From positions 9,920,001 to 9,984,000 of the forward strand of contig OZ024740.1 of assembly GCA_964016885.1 (NCBI GenBank): DNA of 64,000 nt, written 5' to 3'. The position numbers and the translations under genes were made by a program. This document shows positions 1 through 14,689 of this stretch, in pieces (the first letter of the stretch is position 1; each line of letters starts with the position of its first letter). This DNA comes from Eledone cirrhosa (taxonomy: Eukaryota). A model generated the notes under the pieces. That model worked only from the letters and a program-made list of their open reading frames with translations, ran no database searches and was not told the origin of the DNA.

Positions 1-415
1 TGGTCTTTCATCTTCCTCACCTATAGTCTGATGTAGAGTGAAGGCCCATTCACACGGGCCATTCTCGCCACTTTCACCCATCTTTCATAAAAACGGCTGG
101 GGTACAGCACCTCTCTCTCCATCCTGGGGTGCAGCACCTCTCTCTCCATCCTGGGGTACAGCACCTCTCTCTCCATCCTGATCCTTCTTCCGAAATGATA
201 TCGGAAGAAACGGACCAGTTGTTGGCCAGAGAGAAAGGTGTCTGACCTCAGTCCTTTCAGACGCGTCCACCATACAACCTCTTTCGCCATGGCTATTACG
301 CACAGAAACACCGCCTCTGCTTCATCTTTGAAGGGGGGAGGCGGCTTGATCGTTACAATAGACTCGGTGGTCAACCGGATTGGTCCCACCCTTGACTGCA
401 GTTGTTCGACATAGC
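1..415 (-). mobile_element. 3' fragment of an L1/Tx1-like non-LTR retrotransposon (ORF2 C-terminus) with an internal 27-bp triplication
   Basis: ORF 21..389 (FLCVIAMAKEVVWWTR...ERWV) resembles the helical C-terminus of L1/Tx1 ORF2. A close paralogue lies at 27408-27704. RMEREVL(Y/H)P occurs three times here and once in the paralogue. Confidence 0.65.
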
Positions 416-464
416 CTCACAGATCGGCTACGCCCGAGCAGTGTACGAAAGGTAGATAAACAGA

Positions 465-688
465 CAGGTAGGTAGGTAGGGAGGGGAGGGGGGTAGGGGG
501 GGGGGGGGGTAGGGAGGTAGGAAGGTAGGGAGGGAGGGGGGGGGGGAGGGAGGGAGGGAGGTAGGGAGGGAGGTAGGTAGGAGGTAGGTTGGTAGGGAGG
601 TAAGGAGGTAGGTAGGTAGGTAGGTAGGGAGGTAGGTTGGTAGGTAGGTTGGTAGGTAGGTAGGTAGGGAGGGAGGTAGGTTGGTTGT
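465..688. repeat. (GGTA)n/(GGGA)n G-rich simple repeat
   Basis: Directly visible. Confidence 0.9.
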
Positions 689-953
689 AAGACATATAGA
701 GAACTAGATATTCAGATATCGATGAATAGATAGATGTTATATTTATCGATAGATAATGTAGGTGGCTCCAGGTAGCTGTTTGACTACTGACCAGTGAGGG
801 AGATATCAGGTTACTATTTCACAATCATATCTACCATAAAGTGGGTCTCATGTGACTCTTGTGTTTTATTTATAAAGATAACACACACACACACACACAC
901 ATAAATATATATATATATGTGTATATATACACACACACATACACATATATATA

Positions 954-996
<43 letters not shown>

Positions 997-999
<3 letters not shown>

Positions 1000-1148
1000 A
1001 ACGAGTAGGACCCCGACGGCTGAGCTCAAGCCGTTTCGAAACGGTCTAATACATGTTCCTACTCGTTCCTATTACCCACTCTACTACCCTAAGTATTGAG
1101 TACTTTGGTGCGTTATGGTCCACCTGGTTCCTTACCACATTTCCTCCG

Positions 1149-1150
<2 letters not shown>
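997..1150 (+). mobile_element. Short PLE-type insertion in (TA)n, family A: inverted hammerhead 3' half plus direct tail
   Basis: aggaacgagtagga (997-1011) is inverted against tcctactcgttcct. The tail attacccactctac...ccttaccacatttcc is shared with 18765+, 31340+ and 34474+. (TA)n lies on both sides. Confidence 0.65.
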
Positions 1151-1190
<40 letters not shown>

Positions 1191-1275
1191 GAAAGGTATA
1201 GAAAACATTGTAGCAAGAAGCCAACAGTATTCCATAATATATATATATATACATACACACACATATATATATATG

Positions 1276-1307
<32 letters not shown>

Positions 1308-1342
1308 TATGTGTGTGCATATATATATATATATATATACAT

Positions 1343-1374
<32 letters not shown>

Positions 1375-1707
1375 GTGTATATATATATATATATATATAC
1401 ACAGACACACACATATATATGTGTGTGTGTATATATATATATATACACACACACATATGTGTGTATATAGATATATATATACATACACACACACACGCAC
1501 ACGCACACACACACACACACATATATATATACATATATATATATATATACACAGACACACCCATTATATGTATATATACATATGATGTGTAAAATTACTA
1601 TAGATAGGTCAATACATGTATATAAATATATTGATGATCGATATAGTCTGAGTAGGAAGGAAAGAGAAAGAGAGAGAGAAAGAGAAAGAATGAGAGAGGG
1701 GAGAGGG

Positions 1708-1747
<40 letters not shown>

Positions 1748-2004
1748 AAGGGAGAAAGGTGCTGCTGAGGGAGGGGGACCTTTAATGAAAGACACCGACG
1801 CCTATCCCCATCATTTCCCAGACATCTTCCCCTGCAGCCTTCAATCTGTCTCTTCTCTTTTCAAGACAGCGGGGTGTAATTTTACGAAGATTCGTCTGTT
1901 ATTTCTAGCAGATTAGGTGACCACGTACGATGTTTCCTAGTTGTTTGCAAAGTGATGGTGGTGGTGGTGGTGGTTGTGGTTGTTGTTTAACCCTAGGTCA
2001 ACCT

Positions 2005-2255
2005 GTGCGAAGGCACATGGCTCAGTGGTTAGAGCATTGGGCTGCAATCGAAAGGTTGTGAGTTCAATTCTCGGACCTGGTGATGTGTTGTTTCCTTGAG
2101 CAAGGCACTTTATTTCACATTGCTCCAGTTTACTCAGCTGTAGAAATGAGATGATAGGGACTGGGGTCCCTATCATTAAATTACCCAAGACACCTCCAGC
2201 GAGATATACCTTGGAGGAGGCCAGCTAAACCTGCATAGGTGTGAGTTGTCTCTCA
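2005..2255 (+). mobile_element. tRNA-derived SINE, family 1 (CORE-like body)
   Basis: A-box tggctcagtggttagagc, B-box gagttcaattc, body ccttgagcaaggcacttt...cagctgtagaaatg, (CA)n tail. Near-identical copy at 28216-28470. Confidence 0.85.
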
Positions 2256-2639
2256 CACACACACACACACACACATCCTGTGTGACTATATCTATGATCA
2301 CAACTGTTTTAGACGTAACCTTCCCTCTTATTCTGAGGCACTGGGTATCATGACATTATCATAGGAATCTATCCTGGGGGGTTAATTTAAAAAAGAAATT
2401 TAGCTGCTATTTTTAGCAGATCAAACAATCTCGTGGAAGCCCCCTCGTTTGATGTTGTCGGTGGTGGTGATGTTAGACCCTGTAGTGTTTTTAACCATAT
2501 GACAACTTCGGTCTATATTTCACACCATCTTGCTGTTTATCGTGTCCACATGTTAGGTGCAATGAGTCCGAACACGGAAGAGCCGAATTCCCACTGCCAT
2601 CGCCTCTATCTCTCTCACCCTCCCCATCTCTCTGTATTG

Positions 2640-2840
2640 TGAGCAAGTGGCCACCCCACACTCCGGCGGACAGAATGGAGAAGGCGGTTCCCCGGAGGAT
2701 AGTAAGGGAGATGCACTGGAAGAACCATTCCATCTCGTGAGGCTTACACCTGAGGCTAGCCAGCTCAGCGCCTATGGTGGTGAATAGGGAGGTAGCCCTA
2801 GGGCCAAGGACACCAGAAGTCTCCATTGCCAAGGGCACAA
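2640..2840 (-). mobile_element. 3' fragment of a CRE-like (restriction-like endonuclease) non-LTR retrotransposon
   Basis: PLAMETSGVLG...FQCISLTILRGTAFSIL matches the P-x-A-x-ET-x-G...QRISLAI-x-RGNA-x-SIL C-terminus of CRE-clade elements. Paralogues at 4255-4362 and 17990-18182. Confidence 0.7.
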
Positions 2841-3728
2841 CTGCTTATCTGTCGGATGGTGACCGGTACTTGGAGAGTTTGGCCTCCTCAGCCCGACCAT
2901 CAGTTCTGTGATAAAAGACATTCCACTCCTAACTATTCCGACTTTTTAAGTAGATATGGTATACAAGGGATTACCCCGTACAGTGTGTCATTTGGATGGG
3001 ATTGGAGGGAGATTTGACTACTATTTTTAGCAGGTCAAGCAAGTAATTAACTTAGATGCTGCTTCATTCTGGCTGGTGATCGTTTTGTGGTGGTTTTTGC
3101 TGATAGTTGTGGTGATGGTGGCAGTGATGATGGTGGTGATGATGGTTGTGGTGATGCTGACGGTGCTTGTTGTGATGATGGTGACGGTGACGGTGCTTGT
3201 TGTAGTGAAGAAAAAAGATAGGGTTAGAAGAAGGAATCATCATCATAATCGTCATCATCACCACTACCACCATCATCATCATCGTCGTCATTATCATCAT
3301 CATCAATATCATCATAAGCGTCATCATCAATATCATCCTCCCCTCCACCCCACTGGGGTTTATCAACATATCGGAACCAGTCAACCGTGTCAAATGTCTC
3401 CTGGTGAGCGTGTCTTCAATTTCTGAACCACTCAGCTGTGACGATGTGTGAAACAGGTGGTCAATAGAATTGAGTGGTATGATGGTGTGGGGTGGGGCAG
3501 TCATTTCAACGAGTAGGTAGGTGTAGCATGGTCATGTCCGGGGTCTGAAGACACCTGAAGTCTCGACGATGACCGGGTACAAAGAGGAAGCGGTCGGACA
3601 AGCCCCGGTATTTGCTTGTCTTCCTGCCCTCTATATTGTGGGACACGGTACCGGGGTTTGTGGCCGAAGCGACTAAGTTCTATACTTTTTTTCCACATAT
3701 TTTCCATATATAATGGTAATGTAAAATC

Positions 3729-4183
3729 ATTAACTCTACAATTAGCTCTACAATTAACTCTACAATTAGCTCTACAATTTGCTCTATAATTAACTCTACA
3801 ATTAGCTCTACAATTAACTCTACAATTAGCTCTACAATAAACTCTACAATTAGCTCTACAATAAACTCTACAATAAACTCTACAATTAGCTCTACAATTA
3901 ACTCTACAATTAATTCTACAGTTAACTCTACAATTAATTCTACAATTAACTCTACAATTAACTCTACAATTAACTCTACATTAGCTCTACAATTAATTAT
4001 ACAATTAACTCTACAATTAACTCTACAATTAACGCTACAATTAGTTCTACAATTAACTCTACAATTAACTCTACAATTAGCTGTACAATTAACTCTACAA
4101 TTAACTCTACAATTCGCTCTACAATTCGCTCTACAAATAACTCTACAATTAGCTCTACAATTAACTCTACAATTAACTCTACA
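3729..4183. repeat. 12-bp minisatellite (ATTAACTCTACA)n, ~38 copies
   Basis: Directly visible; explains the IVEL repeats in ORF 3997..4383. Confidence 0.95.
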
Positions 4184-4254
4184 AAATACTTCACCATGCT
4201 AGTAACGTCACTGCCTCCATCTCTCTCACTCTCCCCATCTCTCTCCGTATTATA

Positions 4255-4362
4255 AGCAAATGGGGCCCACGGGCTGGCCACCCTGCAGCTCCGGTGAACA
4301 GAATAGAGAAGGCGTTTCCTCGGAAGATGGTGAGGGACACACCTTGGAAGAACCATTCCCAT
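4255..4362 (-). mobile_element. Degenerate CRE-like LINE 3' fragment
   Basis: agaatagagaaggcgtttcctcggaagat...ggaagaaccattcc is similar to 2671-2730 and 18028-18086. Confidence 0.55.
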
Positions 4363-5451
4363 AGGGTCTGTCGTCCCCTTCATCTCTTAGGGTCTGTCGT
4401 CCCCTTCATTTCTTAGGGTCTGTCGTCCCCTTCATGTCTTAGGGTCTGTCGTCCCCTTCATTTCTTAGGGTCTGTCGTCCCCTTCATTTCTTAGGGTCTG
4501 TCGTCCCCTTCATCTCTTAGGGTCTGTCGTCCCCTTCATTTCTTAGGGTCTGTCGTCCCCTTCATCTCTTAGGGTCTGTCGTCCCCTTCATTTCTTAGGG
4601 TCTGTCGTCCCCTTCATTTCTTAGGGTCTGTCGTCCCCTTCATTTCTTAGGCTCTGTCGTCCCCTTAATCTCTTAGGGTCTGTCGTCCCCTTCATTTCTT
4701 AGGGTCTGTCGTCCCCTTCACGTCTTAGGGTCTGTCGTCCCCTTCATTTCTTAGGGTCTGTCGTCCCCTTCATCTCTTAGGGTCTGTCGTCCCCTTCATT
4801 TCTTAGGGTCTGTCGTCCCCTTCATGTCTTAGGGTCTGTCGTCCCCTTCATTTCTTAGGGTCTGTCGTCCTCTTCATCTCTTAGGGTCTGTCGTCCCCTT
4901 CATCTCTTAGGGTCTGTCGTCCCCTTCAACTCTTTGGGTCTGTCGTCCCCTTCATCTCTTAGGGTCTGTCGTCCCCTTCATCTCTTAGAGTCTGTCGTCC
5001 CCTTCATTTCTTAGGGTCTGTCGTCCCCTTCATGTCTTAGGGTCTGTCGTCCCCTTCATCTCTTAGGGTCTGTCGTCCCCTTCATCTCTTAGGGTCTGTC
5101 GTCCCCTTCATGTCTTAGGGTCTGTCGTCCCCTTCATCTCTTAGAGTCTGTCGTCCCCTTCATTTCTTAGGGTCTGTCGTCCCCTTCATCTCTTAGGGTC
5201 TGTCGTCCCCTTCAACTCTTAGGGTCTGTCGTCCCCTTCATCTCTTAGGGTCTGTCGTCCCCTTCATCTCTTAGAGTCTGTCGTCCCCTTCATTTCTTAG
5301 GGTCTGTCGTCCCCTTCATGTCTTAGGGTCTGTCGTCCCCTTCATCTCTTAGAGTCTGTCGTCCCCTTCATCTCTTAGGGTCTGTCGTCCCCTTCATTTC
5401 TTAGGGTCTGTCGTCCCCTTCAACTCTTAGGTTCTGTCGTCCCCTTCATCT
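4362..5451. repeat. 26-bp minisatellite (TTAGGGTCTGTCGTCCCCTTCATYTC)n, ~42 copies
   Basis: Period 26 (TTAGGG at 4387, 4413, ...); highly homogeneous. Confidence 0.95.
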
Positions 5452-5574
5452 TTAACCATTTCTTTCTTTTGTTTTTAATTTTTTTATTTTTTACTCCTTT
5501 TCTTATTTTCTATCTCTACCGTTACATTATCGTCAGCATCAGCATTGCATCATCTTCTTCTTCTTCCTCTTGCT

Positions 5575-7196
5575 ATTGGTGTTGTTGCTGGTGTTGATGT
5601 TGATGTTGGTGTTGGTGGTGTTGTTGTTGGTGTTGTTGGTGTTGGTGGTGTTGTTGTTGGTGTTGTTGGTGGTGTTGTTGTTGATGTTGGTGTTGGTGGT
5701 GTTGGTGGTGTTGTTGTTGTTGGTGGTGTTGGTGTTGGTGGTGTTGTTGGTGGTGGTGTTGGTGTTGTTGTTGGTGGTGGTGTTGGTGTTGGTGTTGGTG
5801 GTGTTGTTGGTGGTGGTGTTGGTGTTGTTGGTGTTGGTGGTGTTGTTGTTGGTGTTGTTGGTGTTGTTGGTGTTGGTGGTGTTGTTGTTGGTGTTGTTGG
5901 TGTTGTTGGTGTTGGTGGTGTTGTTGTTGGTGTTGTTGGTGTTGTTGGTGTTGGTGTTGGTGGTGTTGGTGGTGTTGTTGTTGGTGTTGTTGGTGTTGTT
6001 GGTGTTGGTGGTGTTGTTGTTGGTGTTGTTGGTGTTGTTGGTGTTGTTGTTGATGTTGGTGTTGGTGGTGTTGGTGGTGTTGTTGTTGGTGGTGGTGTTG
6101 GTGTTGTTGTTGGTGGTGGTGTTGGTGTTGTTGGTGTTGGTGGTGTTGTTGTTGGTGTTGTTGGTGTTGTTGGTGTTGGTGGTGTTGTTGTTGGTGTTGT
6201 TGGTGTTGTTGTTGATGTTGGTGTTGGTGGTGTTGGTGGTGTTGTTGTTGTTGGTGTTGTTGGTGTTGGTGTTGTTGGTGTTGTTGGTGTTGGTGGTGTT
6301 GTTGTTGGTGTTGTTGGTGTTGTTGGTGTTGGTGGTGTTGTTGTTGGTGTTGTTGGTGTTGTTGGTGTTGGTGTTGTTGGTGTTGTTGGTGTTGTTGTTG
6401 GTGTTGTTGGTGTTGTTGGTGTTGGTGGTGTTGTTGTTGGTGTTGTTGGTGTTGTTGGTGTTGGTGGTGTTGTTGTTGGTGTTGTTGGTGTTGTTGGTGT
6501 TGGTGGTGTTGTTGTTGGTGTTGTTGGTGTTGTTGGTGTTGGTGTTGGTGGTGTTGGTGGTGTTGTTGTTGGTGTTGTTGGTGTTGTTGGTGTTGGTGGT
6601 GTTGTTGTTGGTGTTGTTGGTGTTGTTGGTGTTGTTGTTGATGTTGGTGTTGGTGGTGTTGGTGGTGTTGTTGTTGGTGGTGGTGTTGGTGTTGGTGGTG
6701 GTGTTGGTGTTGTTGGTGTTGGTGGTGTTGTTGTTGGTGTTGTTGGTGTTGTTGGTGTTGGTGGTGTTGTTGTTGGTGTTGTTGGTGTTGTTGTTGATGT
6801 TGGTGTTGGTGGTGTTGGTGGTGTTGTTGTTGTTGGTGTTGTTGGTGTTGGTGGTGTTGGTGGTGTTGTTGGTGGTGTTGGTGTTGGTGGTGTTGTTGGT
6901 GGTGTTGGTGTTGGTGGTGTTGGTGGTGTTGTTGTTGGTGTTGTTGGTGGTGTTGGTGTTGGTGGTATTGTTGTTGGTGTTGGTGGTGTTTTTGGTGGTG
7001 TTGGTGGTGTTGTTGTTGTTGTTGTTGGTGGTGTTGTTGTTGTTGGTGGTGGTGGTGGTGTTGGTGGTGTTGTTGTTGTTGTTGTTGTTGGTGGTGTTGT
7101 TGGTGTTGTTGGTGTTGTTGTTGTTGTTGGTGGTGGTGGTGTTGTTGTTGTTGTTGGTGTTGTTGTTGGTGTTGTTGGTGTTGTTGGTGGTGGTGG

Positions 7197-7227
<31 letters not shown>

Positions 7228-7760
7228 GTTGTTGTTGGTTGTTGTTGGTGTTGTTGGTGGTGGTGTTGTTGTTGTTGTTGTTGGTGGTGGTGTTGTTGTT
7301 GGTTGTTGTTGTTGTTGTTGTTGGTGGTGTTGTTGGTGTTGTTGTTGGTGTTGTTGGTGTTGGTGGTGGTGTTGTTGTTGTTGTTGTTGGTGGTGGTTGT
7401 GTTGTTGTTGGTTGTTGTTGGTGTTGTTGGTGGTGGTGTTGTTGTTGTTGTTGTTGGTGGTGGTGTTGTTGTTGGTGTTGTTGGTGTTGTTGTTGTTGGT
7501 GGTGTTGTTGTTGGTGTTGGTGTTGTTGTTGGTGTTGTTGTTGGTGGTGTTGTTGTTGGTGTTGGTGTTGGTGGTGTTGTTGGTGTTGTTGTTGGTGGTG
7601 TTGTTGGTGTTGTTGTTGGTGGTGTTGTTGGTGTTGTTGTTGGTGGTGTTGTTGGTGTTGGTGTTGGTGGTGTTGTTGGTGTTGGTGTTGTTGTTGTTGT
7701 TACTGTCGTCCTTATTACTGAAGTTGTTGTTGTCGTTGGTGTTGGTGTTGTTGTTGTTGT
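5575..7760. repeat. (GTT/GGT)n compound trinucleotide tract
   Basis: Directly visible; source of the poly-V/G, poly-L/V and poly-N/T ORFs. Confidence 0.97.
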
Positions 7761-7849
7761 CGGCTATAATGGCCGACATTCATATGTAAGGTGAGAAGTG
7801 CACAGGAAGGTGAAAGAGACCATTGGAATGTAGAGGTTAGAGAGGAACT

Positions 7850-8078
7850 ATCTGTATGTCTGTATCTGTGTGTGTGTGTGTGTGTATGTGTGTGTGTCTG
7901 TATCTCTGTGTGTGTGTGTATGTATGTGTGTGTGTCTGTATCTCTGTGTGTGTGTGTATGTATGTGTGTGTGTCTGTATCTGTGTATGTGTGTGTGTGTA
8001 TGTATGTGTTTGTGTCTGTATCTGAGTGTGTGTGTGTGTGTATGTCTGAATCTGTGTGTGTGCGTGTATGTCTGTATC

Positions 8079-8111
<33 letters not shown>

Positions 8112-8515
8112 CTGTGTGTGTGTGTGTATGTCTGTATGTGTGTGTGTATGTGTATGTTTGTATCTATGTGTGTGTGTGTATGTGTATGTATGTATCTGTA
8201 TGTCTGTATCTGTGTGTGTATGTGTGTGTGTGTATGTCTGTATCTGTGTGTGTGTATGTCTGTATGTATGTGTGTGTATGTCTGTATCTGTATGTCTGTA
8301 TATGTATGTGTGTGTATGTCTGTATATGTGTGTTATTGTATGTCTGTGTGTGTGTGTGTCTGTCTGTCTGTATATGCGTGTATGTCTGTGTCTCTCTCTC
8401 TCTCTCTGTATGTCTGTCTGTATATATATGTGTGTATTTCTGTGTGTGTGTGTATGTCTGTCTGTATATGTATGTGTATGTCTGTGTTTGTGTGTATGTC
8501 TGTATATGTGTGTGA
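7850..8515. repeat. (TG/TATG/TCTG)n compound microsatellite
   Basis: Directly visible. Confidence 0.95.
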
Positions 8516-8649
8516 TATAGATTAGTGGGGTGGATACAGAGATAGAGAGAGGGTGGGGCAGAGATTGGGTGGGGTTGAGAGGGGGTGGGGGTAGATGCAC
8601 AGATAGAGAGAGGGGTAAGAGTGGCGGGTAGATAGAGGAGAGGGGATCA

Positions 8650-8900
8650 TGAATGAGGTGAGTTAGATAGAGAGGGGACGGGGGGTAGAGAGAGAGAGAG
8701 AGGAGGGGGCAGGAATGAGGTGAGTTAGATAGAGAGGGGACGGGGGTAGAGAGAGAGAGAGGAGGGGGCAGGAATGAGGTGAGTTAGATAGAGAGGGGAC
8801 GGGGGTAGAGAGAGAGAGGAGGGGGCAGGAATGAGGTGAGTTAGATAGAGAGGGGACGGGGGGTAGAGAGAGGAGGGGGCAGGAATGAGGTGAGTTAGAT
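8650..8900. repeat. ~52-60-bp GA-rich tandem repeat, 4-5 copies
   Basis: gaatgaggtgagttagatagagaggggacggggg recurs, with a variable (GA)n. Confidence 0.9.
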
Positions 8901-8979
8901 ACCTTATATAACACCTATAATCATTTCCTCCGAAGACGTTTCAATGTTCCCAGTTAAACTACTGAGTAGCAATGACAGC

Positions 8980-10777
8980 ACATACACACACATACATACA
9001 TATATATACATACACATACATACACACACATACATACATATATATACATACACATACATATACACACATACATACATATATATACATACACATACATACA
9101 CACACACACATACATATATATACATACACATACATACACACACATACATACATATATATACATACACATACATACACACACATACATACATATATATACA
9201 TACACATACATATACACACATACATACATATATATACATACACATACATACACACACACACATACATATATATACATACACATACATACACACACATACA
9301 TACATATATATACATACACATACATACACACACATACATACATATATATACATACACACACATACACACACATACATACATATATATACATACACATACA
9401 TACACACACATACATACATGTATATACATACACATACATACACACACATACATACATATATATACATACACATACATACACACACATACATACATATATA
9501 TACATACACATACATATACACACATACATACATATATATACATACACATACATACACACACACACATACATATATATACATACACATACATACACACACA
9601 TACATACATATATATACATACACATACATACACACACATACATACATATATATACATACACACACATACACACACATACATACATATATATACATACACA
9701 TACATACACACACATACATACATATATATACATACACATACATACACACACATACATACATATATATACATACACATACATACACACACATATATATACA
9801 TACACATACATACACACACATACATACATATATATACATACACATACATACACACACATACATACATATATATACATACACATACATACACACACACACA
9901 TACATATATATACATACACATACATACACACACATACATACATATATATACATACACATACATACACACACATACATACATATATATACATACACACACA
10001 TACACACACATACATACATATATATACATACACATACATACACACACATACATACATGTATATACATACACATACATACACACACATACATACATATATA
10101 TACATACACATACATACACACACATACATACATATATATACATACACATACATACACACACATACATACATATATATACATACACATACATACACACACA
10201 TATATATACATACACATACATACACACACATACATACATATATATACATACACATACATACACACACATACATACATATATATACATACACATACATACA
10301 CACACATACATACATATATATACATACACATACATACACACACATACATACATATATATACATACACACACATACATACATATATATACATATATATACA
10401 TACACATACATACACACACATACATACATATATATACATACACATACATACACACACATACATACATATATATACATACACATACATACACACACATACA
10501 TACATATATATACATACACATACATACACACACATACATACATATATATACATACACATACATACACACACATACATACATATATATACATACACACACA
10601 TACATACATATATATACATATATATACATACACATACATACACACACATACATACATATATATACATACACATACATACGCACACATACATACATATATA
10701 TACATGCACATACATACACACACATACATACATATATATACATACACATACATACATACATATACATATATACATAC

Positions 10778-10790
<13 letters not shown>
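8980..10790. repeat. 38-bp minisatellite built from CA/TA dinucleotides
   Basis: Unit tatatatacatacacatacatacacacacatacataca (tatatata at 9001, 9039, ...). Confidence 0.9.
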
Positions 10791-10832
<42 letters not shown>

Positions 10833-10887
10833 CATATATATATACATAGCTACACATGTACATATATATATACACATAGCTACACAC

Positions 10888-10928
<41 letters not shown>

Positions 10929-11985
10929 TATATACACATAGCTACACATGTACATACTCATACATAGATAGCTACATATACATACATATACATTTACATA
11001 TACACATAGCTACACATGTACATACACATACATACATAGCTACACACACATACATATACATACACATATACACATAGCTACACATGTACATACACATACA
11101 TACATAGCTACACACACATACATACATACGCATATACATACATACCTAAATACATAGCTACACTCACATACACATATACATAGCTGCACACACAGATACA
11201 CACATATATATACAGGCACAGATATATATACAATGTGCAGACATTTCCCCCTAGGGACTGACGCTGGAACTGGCAGTGTGTTGACCTTATGTATATATGA
11301 CCACACATACACACATATATAGTTATACACACAGATACTCACATACTTAGCTACACACACATACACACATACATATACACATCTACACACACATACAAAC
11401 ATCTACACACACACATATGTGTGTATAACATTACCACCTCCTCCCCCACCATTTCCTCCGCCACAACTAACTGCATCACCAGACCCCACCCCAGCCCAAG
11501 CCCCCACCCTACCACCTTCAACACCCCTCACATTCACCCCCTCCCCCCACCAATAGGTAACTGGCTTGACATGACATTAAAAGTGGAAGTCCAATAATGA
11601 ATGAAGAGTCACATGGGTTATTCACTGGTGGTGTGGTGTGGTGGTGGTGTGGTGTGGTGTGGTGTGGTGGTGTGGTGGTGGTGGTGAGGTGGTGTGGTGG
11701 TGTGATGGTGGTGTGGTGGTGTGATGGTGGTGTGGTGGTGGTGGTGTGGAAATGTTGTGGAAGTGTTGTGGTGTTTTGGTAATGTCGTGTGATAATGTGG
11801 TGGTGGTGGTCTGGTGGTGTGGTCTTGTGGTAGCGTGGTGGTGTGGTGGTTGTGTGGTGAGGTGATGAAGGGGTGGCAGTATTGCTGTAGTGACATTAAT
11901 ATGGCGAAAGAGGAAAAACGTTTCGGGCAGAATCTTTCATCAGGGAAGAAATGAGGAATGTGAATGACAGACAAGCTCAGAGATA

Positions 11986-12070
<85 letters not shown>

Positions 12071-12139
12071 GCGCGCACATACACACACACACACACGCAC
12101 GCGCACACATACACACGCACACACACGCGCGCACGGACG

Positions 12140-12171
<32 letters not shown>

Positions 12172-12207
12172 TCTCTCCATCTCTCCCTCCCTCTCTCTCT
12201 CTATATA

Positions 12208-12407
12208 TAATTAAAAGTGACAAGGGCGCTGTGTGGTTACTAATAAATATTGTTTAGAAAACCTAAGAGAAACATCAACATAAGGACAATACCCTCCCTT
12301 CGGCCGTCCGCTGTTTCGACGCATTAAAGACAGTACATCTCGCCACAGTGCGTTAATAACTAAGAGCGGGAATTGTCCTTATGTTTGTGTTTCTCTTACG
12401 TTTTCTA

Positions 12408-12415
<8 letters not shown>
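12208..12415 (-). mobile_element. Short fold-back insertion in (TA)n with a one-sided tail
   Basis: atattgtttagaaaac...ggacaat (12247-12290) is inverted at 12372-12415; an extra ~40-bp tail lies on the left only. Confidence 0.55.
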
Positions 12416-12453
<38 letters not shown>

Positions 12454-12735
12454 ATATTTCGTTTCTGAATTTGTTGACACAAAAACAAGATGGCGTAGGA
12501 CAGAACAAAGGAGAGGCACAAAAACAAAGAAAAGAATCCCCAGTCACTGAAGAGGTCACAGAATGTGTGACGAAAGAACTTTGACAATATATAAACAATC
12601 ATCTGGTTGTGGAACCAACCAACCAACCGGAAATTTATAAATTCCTAAATTTATAAATTTATTATAATAAATTGAAGTGAAAGCAACTGGTGCGTGTGTT
12701 TCTTATTGGCAACATGACCCTCCCAAAGTATAACA

Positions 12736-12770
<35 letters not shown>

Positions 12771-12782
12771 TGTGTGTGTGTG

Positions 12783-13008
<226 letters not shown>

Positions 13009-13115
13009 ATATGTGTGTGTATGTATGTGTGTGTGTGTGAATGTTAGTGAGTGTCAATGTATGTATGTGTAACTTGAGAAGCTCTATTTATTCGATATTT
13101 TTACCAAGTATTTAC

Positions 13116-13182
<67 letters not shown>

Positions 13183-13187
<5 letters not shown>

Positions 13188-13465
13188 ATACTTGGGGAGG
13201 GTCATATTGTTATAATGTTGCCAGAAATAATAACAAAACACACTCACTGTTTGGTTGGGGTTGGTTTTCGCTTCTGTATCATGTATATCTCCACAGTTAA
13301 TTTATTTGGCAATCAATGTTTATCATTGATTGACCAGCGGTTAAAGATACAGATATAAATATATAAAGTCTATCAAAGTTCTTTCCTCGCACATCTGCAA
13401 CCTCACCAGTGGTACTATTATGTTTCCTCCCGCCATACTATTTCATATCAAAAACCTTTCAAAAC

Positions 13466-13470
<5 letters not shown>
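13183..13470 (-). mobile_element. PLE terminal-repeat fragment, family C, in (TA)n
   Basis: ttgttatacttggggagggtcat...; homologous to 23498-23775 (attached to a GIY-YIG ORF) and to end fragments at 12690-12737 and 32870-32903. Confidence 0.7.
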
Positions 13471-13552
<82 letters not shown>

Positions 13553-14689
13553 TATATAACTAGGAATTGATCAACATATATATAAATAAATATAAACATG
13601 AAAAATCACAGGAGATAATTTTTACAAGCGTGTAACCATGCATGGCTAGTAGGTAACAAATAAATAAAGTTAACTAGAACTTCAAAAATATATACCTTTT
13701 AATGATTAATCTTCCCTGTATATATTTCATTAAAGAAATATATTTCACCAATTAATCAGATGGTAAGTCACGGAAAGTGGATATTATTGGATTATCAACA
13801 AGGAAGAACAATATCAAGCGATCCATGTTTACACTTCGAGTCAATATCTTAAACTGGCCGCTACCACGTGTTGATATTACACATCACAGCGGTTTCGTTT
13901 CAGTGGCGTGAATAGGTATTCGACAACTAGAAATAGCAGTCAATTCCCTTCAACAGAGTTAGCTCTACAATTAAGGAGCAGTATTATATATCTATATCCA
14001 AAATTAAGATAGATTAAAAGAATTCAATCAGAATCGAAATTATGGGTGTCATTCCTTAACGGAATGCCCCATATCGCCCGGAAAATAAGCTCTAGGACTT
14101 TGTAAGTACGAGCATTTTAATAACTAATTTTGGATATAGATATATATATATATAGAGAGAGATAGAGAGAGAGAGACAGAGACAAATAGATAGATAAATA
14201 AATAGATGAGTTAAACACACACACATACACACACACAGACACACACACGCACACACACACATACACACAAATATATAGATAGATGAGTTACATAGATAGG
14301 CAGATGAATAAATAGGTGGTTTGTATAGATACATAGATGAACAGATAAATACATACATGTAGAGTAAGAGAGAGAGAGAGAGGGGGGGTGAACCAAATAG
14401 GGAGGTAGATCGATATGTTAATAACTACAGAGAGAGAAGGGGAGAGAGAGAGGTGTAGAGAGAGGGCGTAGAGAAAGAGGGAGAGAGAGAGGAGGAGATG
14501 AAGTTTGGTGGAGTGGTGATGTGGTGCGGTGGGCGTAACGAGATGGTGGTGGTGTGGGGTGGTGCAGGGTGGGGGTGGTGCAGGGTGGGGGTGGTAGGTG
14601 GCGAGGAGGTGGGTCCAGTTTTCAGGACTGTGAATGCGGCAGCTGTTAACATATGTAGTGGCAGTGGGTGGGGCGTTCATAGCTGTAAT

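Noticed and set aside
2005-2085. tRNA gene (also 28028-28080, 28216-28290, 62643-62705)
   Set aside because: A and B boxes are present, but there is no complete cloverleaf and most continue into SINE bodies.
5539-7794. ~740-aa ORFs (poly N/T, V/G, L/V)
   Set aside because: Open in several frames on both strands because (GTT/GGT)n lacks stop codons; no coding signal.
8904-10967. 600+ aa ORFs of Y/I/H/T/C/V/M
   Set aside because: Translations of CA/TA dinucleotide-based repeats.
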